Shown here in pieces: positions 9,795 to 20,155 of a stretch of 64,000 nucleotides of DNA (the stretch's first letter is position 1; every line of letters starts with the position of its first letter). A program made the translations under genes and the position numbers. The DNA is from an uncultured Bacteroidales bacterium (GTDB taxonomy: Bacteria > Bacteroidota > Bacteroidia > Bacteroidales > VadinHA17), in NCBI GenBank assembly GCA_963816345.1, contig CAWFKI010000005.1:607572-671571 (forward strand), read 5' to 3'. Below the pieces are notes generated by a model. The model saw only the letters and a list, made by a program, of their open reading frames with translations, did not search any database and was not told where the DNA came from.

Positions 9795-11090
9795 ATGAAA
9801 CGTCTTGCTAACCTGTTCATTACTTTTCTGATCTTTTCAGTCATCTCTGTTTCTGCTGACTGTCAGGGAATTATTCTGAAACAATCTGTTGCCTGCGGGA
9901 TATATAAAAAAGGGAAGAAAATATCTGTGACAGCTTATCTGCAGGAACCTCATGGTGATTCACTGCATATCAGGGTATTAAAAAATAATCTTATTGAGCT
10001 TCAAAATAAAACAATAAGTATTGAAGGCGACAGTCTGCGGGTCTTTGAAGGTTCATTCAGGGAACCCTGTTCCATTATTGTTGAAGCGGTATCCGGGGAA
10101 GACAAATCAAGTATCGGTCTTGTAGTTGAACCCCGGAAGATAAAACCCGGCGGTAAGAGGCCGTCTGATTTTAAGTCCTACTGGGAGGATCAGAGGAAAA
10201 TTCTGGAAGTGCTGCCTATGGATGTCAAAACCGCAAAGGTAGGTGAGGAGTATGTCGCTTCCGGTTACTCATGCGTTGATGCGGAGATCAGCTGTCCTGG
10301 TCCCAGACCGGCCAGGGGATATTTTGCCAAACCTGCAATAGCCTCACCGAAATCTTTACCTATAGTAATCCTTGTACATGCTGCGGGAGTAAAGGGATCA
10401 TGGTGCAGGTCTGAACCGGGCAATGCAATGAAATATGCGCTGATGGGGGCTCTCTGTTTTGATCTGAACGCCCATGGAATGCTGGACGGACAGCCGGACA
10501 GCTATTATGATGAACTGGAAAAAGGCGAGCTGAAGGATTATTTCTATCAGGGGTTGACAAGCAGGGACGATTTTTACTTCAGGGGCATGTATCTGAGACT
10601 CATGAGGACAATAGATTTTCTCACAAGGCAACCGGAGTGGGACAGGAAGAGAATCCTTGTGATCGGGGAAAGCCAGGGAGGAGGTCAGGCGCTTGTTGCT
10701 GCAGGACTGGATAAGAGAGTAAGTGCTGCCGTAGCTATTGTTCCTGCAATGTGCGACTGGCTGGGGCCACTCGCAGGACGAGAAGCAGGCTGGCCACAGC
10801 CGCTTAATGCAGATGTCCCACGCGACGAGGTAATAAAAACCGTACCATACTTTGATGCTGCTAATATATTGAAATGCTCACGGAGTATACTATTTGTTGA
10901 GATCGGCCTGATTGATATGACATGTCCTTCAACCTCGGTCTATGCTGCAATAAATCAGTCAAGAGGCAGGAAGATCGTTTACCCGGTACCATACAGGGAA
11001 CATCACCAACCACAAAATTCTATGAGCGAAATATGGCAGGAATCTGTGTATCTTCCACGTGAGAATTTTATTAAAGAATATTTAAAATAA
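9795..11090 (+). CDS. Acetyl xylan esterase / cephalosporin-C deacetylase-like (CE7/AXE1 family) with N-terminal extra domain
   Basis: It has a signal peptide. AXE1-like blocks are present: YFRGMYLRLMRTIDFL, the nucleophile elbow GESQGGGQAL, and VPAMCDW. Confidence 0.7.
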   Translation: MKRLANLFITFLIFSVISVSADCQGIILKQSVACGIYKKGKKISVTAYLQEPHGDSLHIRVLKNNLIELQNKTISIEGDSLRVFEGSFREPCSIIVEAVSGEDKSSIGLVVEPRKIKPGGKRPSDFKSYWEDQRKILEVLPMDVKTAKVGEEYVASGYSCVDAEISCPGPRPARGYFAKPAIASPKSLPIVILVHAAGVKGSWCRSEPGNAMKYALMGALCFDLNAHGMLDGQPDSYYDELEKGELKDYFYQGLTSRDDFYFRGMYLRLMRTIDFLTRQPEWDRKRILVIGESQGGGQALVAAGLDKRVSAAVAIVPAMCDWLGPLAGREAGWPQPLNADVPRDEVIKTVPYFDAANILKCSRSILFVEIGLIDMTCPSTSVYAAINQSRGRKIVYPVPYREHHQPQNSMSEIWQESVYLPRENFIKEYLK

Positions 11091-11110
11091 AGAACTGCAT
11101 CAGATAAATT

Positions 11111-12370
11111 ATGAAAAGAAGAGACTTTTTCCGGATCTCAGCCTCAGGGTCACTGGGATTACTTGGAATGGGATTGCCGGATTTCCGGCCGGCAGGGACT
11201 ATGACAATTCCATCAGATCTTAAGATCACAAAGATCGAAACAGTAAGGTTTAAAAATGATCTCTGGATGTGGATAAGACTTCATACCAATGCCGGAATTA
11301 TCGGTACGGGGGAAACATATCCCTTTAATGAAGCCAACTCATCAGTGATAAAAGATCTTGAATGGCACAGCTGGGCAGGGAAGCTGTTGGGTGCCAATCC
11401 GCTGGAGATTGAGCAGATATGGGAAAGAATTTACCGTCAGGATGCGTTTAATGTATCCGGAGGTGCCGAGATGCGGGCATTATCGGCCATAAATATCGCA
11501 CAGTGGGATATTATGGGTCAGGTGTGCAAGATGCCATTGTATCAGCTGCTGGGAGGATCATATGAAAAGAAAATAAGAGTATATAATACTTATACGAACA
11601 GCAGGGCGATAAATGGATGGACCCTTGAGAATGATATTGAAAAGATTGCAAAGTTTCTTGCAGATCAGGGGATTAAAGCAATAAAGTTTTGTCCTTTTGA
11701 TAAAGTTGCAGCACGCAATAACGGGGAATATATCTCAAGAGATGATATGAATGAAAGCCTTGAATGGATAAAAAGGGTCAGAGACACTACAGGAAATGAT
11801 CTTGAAATAGGCTGCGAATTTCATAGTATGTGGAATTTACCCAGCGCCATCCGCATAGCCAGGGAGCTGGAATCCTACGATATTCTTTTTCTTGAAGACA
11901 TTCTGCTGCAGGATAATATGCAGGCATATGTTTCACTTAACCAGGAGACAAATATCCCTCTGGTAATCAGTGAACGGCTGGCTTCAAGATATGGCTTCAG
12001 GGAGATGTTCGAATCAAAAGCAGGTTCAATAGCAATGTATGATCTTACATGGTGCGGGGGCATTTCTGAAGGCAAAAAGATCTCAGATATGGCAAATACT
12101 TATTATATCCCCACAATGATGCATACGGCAGGTGGTCCGGTTTTGTGGTATGCATCGGTGCATCTGGCTGCCGCAATCACCAATCTGTTTTTTGTTGAAA
12201 GTGTTTATCCGTCATGGCATGACAGGGATCCCCGTTTCTTTGATAATTCTCCGCAGGTAATAAAAGGTATGGTACTTCCGCCTGATTTGCCTGGGCTGGG
12301 ACTGAAATTTAAAGATGGACTCTTCGCACAAAATGACATTATTACAGAAACAATTGCAGAACTAAAATAG
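11111..12370 (+). CDS. Enolase-superfamily (mandelate racemase/muconate lactonizing) enzyme with Tat signal, probable sugar-acid dehydratase
   Basis: It has a twin-arginine leader (MKRRDFFRISASGSLGLLG), the MR/MLE N-terminal capping domain (GIIGTGET, ALSAINIAQWDIMG, PLYQLLGG), and a barrel with the FLED acid ligand. Confidence 0.8.
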   Translation: MKRRDFFRISASGSLGLLGMGLPDFRPAGTMTIPSDLKITKIETVRFKNDLWMWIRLHTNAGIIGTGETYPFNEANSSVIKDLEWHSWAGKLLGANPLEIEQIWERIYRQDAFNVSGGAEMRALSAINIAQWDIMGQVCKMPLYQLLGGSYEKKIRVYNTYTNSRAINGWTLENDIEKIAKFLADQGIKAIKFCPFDKVAARNNGEYISRDDMNESLEWIKRVRDTTGNDLEIGCEFHSMWNLPSAIRIARELESYDILFLEDILLQDNMQAYVSLNQETNIPLVISERLASRYGFREMFESKAGSIAMYDLTWCGGISEGKKISDMANTYYIPTMMHTAGGPVLWYASVHLAAAITNLFFVESVYPSWHDRDPRFFDNSPQVIKGMVLPPDLPGLGLKFKDGLFAQNDIITETIAELK

Positions 12371-12386
12371 TCAGAACCTTCTTCTT

Positions 12387-14102
12387 ATGAAAAGAAAATT
12401 ACTGATCGAAACTCTTATTCTTTTTATTATCACCTGCTACGGTTGCAGGCAGGAAAACAGAGCGATCCTTGCCGGTAAAACAGGGTCTGAAGAAAAGGAG
12501 ATTCCCCACCTTGAAAGACAGGGTAGAGCTATTCGGCTTGTAGTTGAAGGTAAACCTTTTCTTATGTTATCCGGAGAGCTCCACAATTCGACCTCCGGAG
12601 GATTAAAATATATCAGGCCTGTATGGCGGAAACTGGCTGATAAAAACCTCAATTCGGTCATTGCTTCTGTTTCATGGGAGCTTGTTGAACCGGAAGAGGG
12701 TAAATTTGATTTCACACTTGTTGACAGTATAATAGGAGGGGCAAGGCAAGCCAATCTGAAGCTTGTTCTGATCTGGTTTGCCAGCTGGAAGAATGCCGGC
12801 TCTGTATATATTCCATCATGGATCAAGAGAGACTACATAAGATACCCCAGGGTAAAGGATGAGCAGGGAAGGCCACTGGAAATCCTTTCCACCTTTGGCG
12901 GTGCCTCCATGGAAAAAGATGCCGCTGCTTTTGCAGCGCTTATGCGCCACATAGGGGAAGTGGACAGCTTAAATAATACCGTAGTAATGATGCAGGTTGA
13001 AAATGAGGTTGGAGTACTTGATATTACAGGTAAATTACCGGGAAGTGCAAGAAGGGATTTCAGTGAACAGGCAAATGCAGCTTATAACGGAGAGGTACCG
13101 GCCGAACTGATAAGCTACCTCACTGCCCACAGGGATAGTCTGTTCCCTGAGCTATATAAAGTCTGGTCTGAAAACGGTTTCAGAACTACGGGAACATGGG
13201 AGGATGTATTTGGCAAAAGCAAATTCAGACCCGATCAGCAAGAGTGGAAATTTTACTCCTATTATACTGAGGAGTTGTTTATGGCCTGGAATTATGCCAG
13301 GTATATCGGGAAAGTTGCAGCAGCAGGGAAAAAAGAATACCCTTTACCTATGTATGTTAACGCCTGGCTTAAACAACCGTTTACATACTGGCCGGGAAGA
13401 TACCCGTCAGGAGGGCCTCTCCCGGAGGTTCTTGATGTCTGGCGCGCCGCGGCTCCCTCAATAGATTTTATTGCCCCCGATATATATACTGATGAATTTA
13501 CCTGGACGTGCATGGAGTATAAACGAGGCGGCAATCCGCTGTTCATTCCTGAAACAATCGGAGGCAAAACAGGCGCTGCAAGAGCATTTTATGTGATCGG
13601 TGAGTACGATGCAGGATGTTTTGCTCCTTTCGGCATTGATAATCCTGTAAATGCAGTTAATGATCCTCTTGACGAGAGTTATGCTGTTCTCGGAAAAATG
13701 GCTCCGGTAATACTTGAATATCAGGGAAAGGGTGCCATGAGGGGAATCCTCACAGATGTAAGGAGCCCTGTTCAGCATTTTGAGCTTGGAGATTACAGCA
13801 TGGAGGTTAAACTTGATGTGGGCAACGGGAATGAGATTGCCGGGGGTCTTATAATACAGACCGGACGGGATGAGTTTTTCTGCGCCGGAAGAGGATTTGA
13901 TATTTTCTTTAGTCCAAAAAACGATTCAATGCGAATCGCTTTGGACAAAGTTGATGAAGGAACTTTTAAAGCCGGCAGCTGGATGGCTGAGAGAAGGCTG
14001 AATGGGGATGAAACACACGCCAGCACTTATGACGGTACTGGTCTCAGGTTCCCGCAAGGGAAGGTATCTGTTCAGAAGGTCTCTCTGTACAAGTACAGAT
14101 AA
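12387..14102 (+). CDS. Beta-galactosidase-like clan GH-A hydrolase (GH35/GH42-like catalytic domain plus DUF5597-like C-terminus), lipoprotein
   Basis: It has a lipoprotein-type signal (LFIITCYGC). The motifs LSGELHNS, SWELVEPEEGKFDF and MMQVENEVG (catalytic NE) are present. Confidence 0.65.
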   Translation: MKRKLLIETLILFIITCYGCRQENRAILAGKTGSEEKEIPHLERQGRAIRLVVEGKPFLMLSGELHNSTSGGLKYIRPVWRKLADKNLNSVIASVSWELVEPEEGKFDFTLVDSIIGGARQANLKLVLIWFASWKNAGSVYIPSWIKRDYIRYPRVKDEQGRPLEILSTFGGASMEKDAAAFAALMRHIGEVDSLNNTVVMMQVENEVGVLDITGKLPGSARRDFSEQANAAYNGEVPAELISYLTAHRDSLFPELYKVWSENGFRTTGTWEDVFGKSKFRPDQQEWKFYSYYTEELFMAWNYARYIGKVAAAGKKEYPLPMYVNAWLKQPFTYWPGRYPSGGPLPEVLDVWRAAAPSIDFIAPDIYTDEFTWTCMEYKRGGNPLFIPETIGGKTGAARAFYVIGEYDAGCFAPFGIDNPVNAVNDPLDESYAVLGKMAPVILEYQGKGAMRGILTDVRSPVQHFELGDYSMEVKLDVGNGNEIAGGLIIQTGRDEFFCAGRGFDIFFSPKNDSMRIALDKVDEGTFKAGSWMAERRLNGDETHASTYDGTGLRFPQGKVSVQKVSLYKYR

Positions 14103-14117
14103 TCCGGTATTTTTCTG

Positions 14118-14163
14118 TGCACCCTGATGCTGGCGCCGGTTTTTAACCGGTGCCAGCGGTGCA
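14118..14163. terminator. Long GC-rich hairpin between convergent genes (candidate bidirectional terminator)
   Basis: tgcacc-ctgat-gctggcgccgg-tttttaa-ccggtgccagc-ggtgca forms a nested inverted repeat. It lies 16 nt after the stop at 14102 and before the convergent gene end at 14241. There is no strong U-tract. Confidence 0.4.
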
Positions 14164-14240
14164 TTATGTCTGAACGGGAAGTATGGTAATATCTGTCACT
14201 ATTACATCCAGACCGCCATACCGGCAGCGCCACCGTTCAA

Positions 14241-15729
14241 TTAACTCCAGAGCCGGTCGTGTGATTGTTTTTCATCCCATTGAGGGGTTGGTTCAAAGAA
14301 TCCCTTATCCCTGGGACTCAGGTGTTTCTTCACCTCTTCCTCATTGAGCTCAATGCCGAGTCCGGGCGCATCAGTCGGTACATTGGCAAATCCTTTGGAA
14401 ATTAATGGCTGACTGCCTGTAGGTCTGACAAGGCTTTCCCACCATGGGAGGTCAACACTGTGATGCTCAAGGGCCAGGAAGTTCTGAGTTGCAGCTGCAC
14501 AATGAACATTTGCCATAAATGAAACCGGTGTCCCGGCCTGGTGCATTGCCATTGCGACTCCATGCTCTTCAGCGTAATCTCCGATCTTCTTGGTCTCCAG
14601 CAGCCCGCCGGCAGTAGCCAGGTCAGGGTGGACAATATCAACGGCATGTATATCTATCAGCGGCCGGAACCCTTTTAGAAGATAGATATCTTCACCTGTT
14701 ATTACCGGTGTTTCCAGAGCATCAGAGATGGTTTTCCATTGGTCAGTCAGTTCCCATGCAACAATATCTTCCATCCAGGCCAATCTGTATTTTTCCAGGG
14801 CTTTGCCCAGGCGGATACCGTTGTTCAGGTCAAAATGGCCGAAATGATCTGTCGATAGCGGTATCTCATAACCTATCATGCTTCTGACATGGTCCACTAT
14901 CTTGGCCAGTTCGTCAAGCCCTTTATCAGTTATCTGAACCTGCGGTGAAGGGATGTTTGGTATTTCCATATGACATGTAGGATTTCAGATCATACTGACC
15001 CTGTGCTCCATCCCAGAATTTGGTGTTTACCAGAGTTCCGGGTATATTCCTGAGCTCTTCGATTGATACATCCATTTTCAGCCAGGTGTATCCCTGCTCC
15101 TCCGTACGGTACTTTATGAGTTTCATCTGTTCAGCAGGGTCATCGTGTGTAGGAGTATCAGCATATAACCTTACTTTATCCCGGTATTTTCCGCCAAGAA
15201 GCTGCCAGGCAGGGACACCATAAGCTTTCCCGCAAAGATCCCAGAGAGCCATTTCAACCCCGCAGACTCCGCCTCCCTGGCGTCCGTCACTGCCAAATTG
15301 CCTGATAACTTTGAATATCATTTCAACGTTGCATGGGTTGAGGCCAAGTATCCGGCTTTTCAGCATGAGTGCATAGCGGGGATCGGCCCCGTCTCTCACC
15401 TCACCAAGACCATAAATTCCCTGGTTCGTATCAATTCTTATAATTGCAGTCCCTCCAAGAACCGTTGTCAACGCGTAGCGAAGGTCAGTTATCTTCAGAT
15501 CAGACGGGCTTGAGGCCCTCTTAACCTTTGATGTCGTCTGTGCAATGGTATCCTCCAGTGACATATGCATCATTCCTCCCAATGCTATTCCTCCTACTGC
15601 TGCTTTCCTGAGAAAGCTGCGGCGGTTATTGCCCGTCGAAGGGTTAACGGTTTCTTCCCTGGCGGCCCTCTCTTCTACTACCTCCTTTTTCCGGATCTTC
15701 TCACTTATCTTGTTTATGATACTTTTCAT
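14241..15729 (-). pseudogene. Enolase-superfamily dehydratase (D-galactonate/D-mannonate dehydratase-like) with Tat signal, one frameshift
   Basis: ORF 14926..15729 has the Tat leader NNRRSFLRKAAVGGIALGG and the capping domain GIYGLGEVRDG, VEMALWDLCGKAYGVPAWQLLGG. ORF 14241..14969 supplies the barrel (LAWMEDIV, HQAGTPVS). The pieces overlap by 44 nt in different frames, with the junction near 14955-14975. Confidence 0.75.
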
Positions 15730-15776
15730 TTTACCTGGATATATACATTTATTTATGAATTTTTTTGTCGGACTGA

Positions 15777-16710
15777 TTAGTAGTTCCTCTCTTTCAGGTA
15801 ATTATCTAATTCCTGCTTTGTCATTGGCAATTTGCCGGGATACTTGTTTAACCAGTCAAGGAAATCCTTTTTGATCTCCTCGGTCCATTCGCTGTCAATC
15901 TGACCGGCCAGGTATTTCTTCTCCTGCAGGCGCTGATGACCAAATTCATCACGTAATGCTGTTACTTCAGATGTAAGAACCAGATCTTCAACGAGGTAAG
16001 CAGGAATAAAGATCACTCCGTATTTTTTCGCCAGGACTACGTCTCCGGGGAGGACTATAGCGCGTCCCACACGGATCGGTGCATTGATTGATGTAAGCAT
16101 CATCTGACTGATATATGAAGGATCAGCTCCTTTGATCCAGCCATTGAATCCCTTGATCTCTGTCAATCCTTCCTGATCCCTGACGCCGCCGTAAAAGATA
16201 ACACCTCTCTGGGATCTGCTGTAGATTGAGTTGCCAAGGTTATCGCCTATTAAAGTGCCATCAGCTATTTTATCATATCCGTCTGCTACATAGACATCAC
16301 CGGTTGTAAGCATATCGATCGGCCATGAATTAGTCCCACCTTTCTGAGCCCTGTTTTCTTTTTTACCCTGTTCTTTCACATATGTTTCAAGATCCGGCCT
16401 CAGAGGCATGTACTGTGCAGTTATAACACGTCCGGTCATAGCTTCATCAGGATGGATTATCGTCCAGTTTCCTTCGAACTGGTTCATAAATCCTTTATTG
16501 CGCAAAACACCCCAGGCCTCCTCGAGAGATATGTTCTTTAATCTTTCAAGAATGGCATCAGGATACCTTTGGCCTTCCGTCAGCAAAGCGCTCACCTTTC
16601 CATTCAGGAGTCAGTGCCTTGATATACTCAGGTGATGAACCTACGTTCTGGGCATAGGTCAGAAGCCAACCCATTAAAAATGTAGCAAGGAAAAATAGTC
16701 TCTTATTCAT
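15777..16710 (-). pseudogene. RraA-family / HMG-aldolase-like protein with Sec signal peptide, one frameshift separating the signal peptide
   Basis: ORF 15777..16595 has the RraA-like core (GDVYVADGYDKIADGTLIGDNLGN...GGVRD). An ATG at 16710 opens a 50-codon frame, MNKRLFFLATFLMGWLLTYAQNVGSSPEYIKALTPEWKGERFADGRPKVS*. This frame joins the main frame (..YPDAILERL) by a 1-nt shift near 16560-16572. Confidence 0.7.
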
Positions 16711-16999
16711 AGTTTCAGTTTTAAATGATGGTAAATATATTTGTTATAGTTGGATTAGGGGTTCTCAAGTTGTTAAATATTATTAAAAAAATGCACCTGC
16801 GAATCGCCGCTTTTCCCTCTGTTGACCCCATAACACACTGTCATCCTGAGTTTTTATCCAAAGTTTTGTACTTCTGGTATAATGACAACCAGAATCAATT
16901 AATTTTGTACGGGTTACACAAGCATGACCTTCGCTTTAGCAGTGCCACGAGGAATCTCAAACTCCTGTCAGTCGTCAGGTATGTTTAAAGATGGTTCTC

Positions 17000-17230
17000 G
17001 CCCCGTAGGGGCATAATAACATAACACAGGGCAACGCCCTGTGTAAAAACGCTCTCTTCTTACCCCAAAGCCCCGTAGGGGCGGAATAACAAAACACCGG
17101 AAGATCCATTTCGTCTGATCCTCTATGGCTGATGGTATCACTTTATTACGCCCCTACGGGGCTGAAGGAGAGGGAGGTACCATCAGGCAGGGCTCCGCCC
17201 TGCCCTATAATATGTAAGGCCTACGGCCTT
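17000..17230. repeat. Cluster of six GC-rich 3-nt-loop hairpins (REP-like palindromic units)
   Basis: The six hairpins are:
- GCCCC-GTA-GGGGC at 17000-17012.
- The same hairpin at 17070-17082.
- Its inverted copy GCCCC-TAC-GGGGC at 17150-17162.
- CACAGGGC-AAC-GCCCTGTG at 17025-17043.
- GGCAGGGC-TCC-GCCCTGCC at 17186-17204.
- AAGGCC-TAC-GGCCTT plus a T-run at 17216-17232.
The GCCCCGTAGGGGC units are each followed by an RKAATAA tail. Confidence 0.7.
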
Positions 17231-17775
17231 TTGCTCACCACTTCCATTTTAGTAATCACTGAGCCTTTCTTGTAAATTGAAACGGGTACTATCTTTAATG
17301 CAGACGCGAGTATATTTGGGTAGAAAACCAGAATCATAAACCTTGTTTAATTGCATTCTTCAAATGGCGCATAGTTGCCTGCTTCCGGTTATGTTTCCGG
17401 AAGATTAAGCTTCTTAAAATATAATTAGCTTATAATGTGTAGTTTACAAATGTTGTCATTAGTAGCGAAGCGAAGGATCTCACACTCCCGTTACATGTAC
17501 ACTTCCAGCGATCTTGCCATATTCATTTCTGCCATCCTGCAGGGCTGCTAATTGCGGGTGATATTTGTTGGCCAGCTCCCGGTCACACTTTATTATAAGT
17601 TGGTGAAATTTTAATAAATTTATATAATCAGAATTAAATCCAGTCAGAATTTAACAGTGAATTTTGCAGCATCCGGTCATTGTTGACCGTCATTACTCAA
17701 AAAAGATAATGTTTTCCTGGTTTGAGATTCCCGGCCGGAGCTGACAAATCATACTCTGAAACATAAGTTATAATC

Positions 17776-20136
17776 ATGAATGCATCAATTTTCAAAACCT
17801 CGCTAAGAAATATAGGAAGGAACAAATTATTGTCATTTCTTAATATTGCAGGCTTAACAGCAGGGCTTGCGGTGGCTATCCTGATATTCAACTATTCATA
17901 TCAGGAATTCCAGGCAGATAATAAGCAGAACAAAGAGGGAAATGTCTATGTCGTTATTAACAATAAATCTGCGCATGTTCACTATGAAATGGCGTCCCTG
18001 CTAAGGGATCAGGTGGCAGGCATCAGATATGTTACCATGGTTGAGTCACATGCCAGGAATGAATTCATTTTGAAGTACAGGAATAACCAGTCCGTGAGAA
18101 GCGATATAATTTTCGCGGATAGCAATTTCACCAGAATTTTCAACTTCAGACCGGTATCAGGAAATATTGAAGAGGCCCTAGCTGCGCCCCGGTCGATTAT
18201 TCTTACTGAAAGCGAATCGAAGAGATTATTTAATAATGAAGATCCGATAGGAAAAATCCTTTCGCTCAGGGGAACATATGAATTTTTTGGCAAAAGCGAT
18301 GTGGAGGTGAAAGCCGTTATTAAAGACCTTCCTGAAAACTCAAATCTTCAGTTTAAGGCAGTAGTATCGCATCTGACTGCTTCGGCTATGATGCCATGGA
18401 TCAAAGAATGCGTCTGGTCCTGTTCAAATGTTCAGAATTATGTGCTCCTGCAAAAGGGTGTGGATCCGGGAAATCTTGCATCAGAAATGGACAGGGAACT
18501 CAGACCGCTGATTCCTCAGGAAATTAAATGTGATTTTTCTCTTCTTCCTTATAAAGAGGTTTATTTCTCCTCCATCAGGGATGATTTTAAGCACGGGAAC
18601 ATAAAACTTATTTATACCCTTGGCGCAATAGCATTTCTGATTGTGCTGATAGCAGTTATAAACTACATTAATCTGTCAGTAGCCGGGTCGGCAAAACGTC
18701 ATATAGAAGTTGCTGTACGAAAGATAGTCGGAGTCAGACCCATTATGCTTGTCGCCCAATTTTTGGGAGAATCTGTTCTGATAAGTTTTATTGCGATGGT
18801 CCTCGGGGTATTTGCAGCATACCTCCTGACACCATCAATAAATAATCTCTCCGCAATTCATTTGCCCGAAATTCCCATCGGCTCCTCCGGTTTCTGGCTC
18901 ATACTGACAGGAATTTCCATTTGTATCGGAATATTTGCAGGGCTTCTGCCGGCAATCAGCTTTAACAAATTCAGACCAATATCTCTGATAACAGGAAGAT
19001 CAAACAGCAATAGTGCCGGTATAAATATTAAGAGAGGTCTGATCGTCTTCCAGTTTATTATCTCCATAATATTAATTATTTGTACGATAACTGTTACAAG
19101 GCAGCTTTCTTACCTGAGAAATACCAGCATGGGTTTCAATTCAGAAAACGTTGTAAACATTAAATTATCTCCTGAAGTTAAAACTGAAGTTTTTAAGGAC
19201 AAATTACAGCATATTCCGGGTGTTGCATCCATATCTTTTTCGAGATGGTTCCCGGGTAATATCCAGGAAAACTGGAGTATGGACTTGATTTCAAACGGAG
19301 TTGAAAAGGTGGTGGAATTTGCTACAGAAAATGCAGATGCCTTTTATATTGACATGATGGGGCTGCAGATAGTTCAGGGCAGAAACTTTTCAGACAGTCT
19401 GAAAAGTGATGCCGGTTCTGCTATTTTGAACGAAGCGGCAGTAAAAGCATTCGGACTTGAAAATCCTCTTGATGCAAGCTTTCAGGATCATGGTAAAGTA
19501 AAAAAAATAGTCGGAGTAGTGAAGGACTTTAATTTCGAATCGTTGCATCACAGGATCAGGCCTCTGGTAATTTTTTGTGCAGATAAAGACTTTTTCAGCG
19601 CCAATGTCAAAATGGCAGCCGGGAACTTTAGTGAGGTTTCGGGAATATTAAGCAATATCGGAGAATCCTGGAATGAGGTCTCTCCAAACTATCCTTTTGA
19701 ATTTAAGTTCATTGATCAGACAGTCGAAAATCTTTACAGATCTGAGGTCATATTTGAAAAGATCTTCAGGGCCGGATCCTTTTTTGCAATTTTTATTTCC
19801 TGTCTGGGCTTATTCGGGCTGGTACTCAGTTCAACCGAACAACGCAGAAAAGAGATCGGGATCAGGAAAGTATATGGGGCCAGGATCAATGAAGTACTCC
19901 TGATGCTGAACAGAGACTTTATAAAATGGATATTTATTGCCTTCCTGATTGCAAGTCCTGTGGCCTGGTATTTAATGAATCAATGGCTGAAGAATTTTGC
20001 GTATAAAAGTGCTTTAAGCTGGTGGATCTTTGCTCTGGCCGGCCTGATGGCTTTGTCCATAGGTTTACTGACAGTCAGCTGGCAAAGCTGGAAAGTGGCC
20101 AGACGAAACCCGGTCAGAGCGCTCAGGCATGAGTAA
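17776..20136 (+). CDS. ABC transporter permease, MacB/FtsX-like (two FtsX modules with periplasmic MacB_PCD-like domains)
   Basis: 786 aa. It starts with N-terminal TM1 (FKTSLRNIGRNK). Two 4-TM FtsX-type blocks are separated by large soluble loops. The C-terminal RRKEIGIRKVYGA motif is typical of FtsX permeases. Confidence 0.85.
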   Translation: MNASIFKTSLRNIGRNKLLSFLNIAGLTAGLAVAILIFNYSYQEFQADNKQNKEGNVYVVINNKSAHVHYEMASLLRDQVAGIRYVTMVESHARNEFILKYRNNQSVRSDIIFADSNFTRIFNFRPVSGNIEEALAAPRSIILTESESKRLFNNEDPIGKILSLRGTYEFFGKSDVEVKAVIKDLPENSNLQFKAVVSHLTASAMMPWIKECVWSCSNVQNYVLLQKGVDPGNLASEMDRELRPLIPQEIKCDFSLLPYKEVYFSSIRDDFKHGNIKLIYTLGAIAFLIVLIAVINYINLSVAGSAKRHIEVAVRKIVGVRPIMLVAQFLGESVLISFIAMVLGVFAAYLLTPSINNLSAIHLPEIPIGSSGFWLILTGISICIGIFAGLLPAISFNKFRPISLITGRSNSNSAGINIKRGLIVFQFIISIILIICTITVTRQLSYLRNTSMGFNSENVVNIKLSPEVKTEVFKDKLQHIPGVASISFSRWFPGNIQENWSMDLISNGVEKVVEFATENADAFYIDMMGLQIVQGRNFSDSLKSDAGSAILNEAAVKAFGLENPLDASFQDHGKVKKIVGVVKDFNFESLHHRIRPLVIFCADKDFFSANVKMAAGNFSEVSGILSNIGESWNEVSPNYPFEFKFIDQTVENLYRSEVIFEKIFRAGSFFAIFISCLGLFGLVLSSTEQRRKEIGIRKVYGARINEVLLMLNRDFIKWIFIAFLIASPVAWYLMNQWLKNFAYKSALSWWIFALAGLMALSIGLLTVSWQSWKVARRNPVRALRHE

Positions 20137-20155
20137 ATATTTGCACTAATTAACC

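Noticed and set aside
16725-16988. 87-aa plus-strand ORF in the gap after the RraA-like gene.
   Set aside because: It has low-complexity, AT-driven composition, overlaps repeat words and matches no known motif. It is most likely spurious.
17480-17650. Minus-strand open frame of about 55 codons (..FHQLIIKCDRELANKYHPQLAALQDGRNEYGKIAGSVHVTGV*) with protein-like composition in the long non-coding gap.
   Set aside because: It contains no Met and no obvious alternative start, and I see no RBS or promoter. At best it is a C-terminal remnant of a lost gene, and I cannot name a family.
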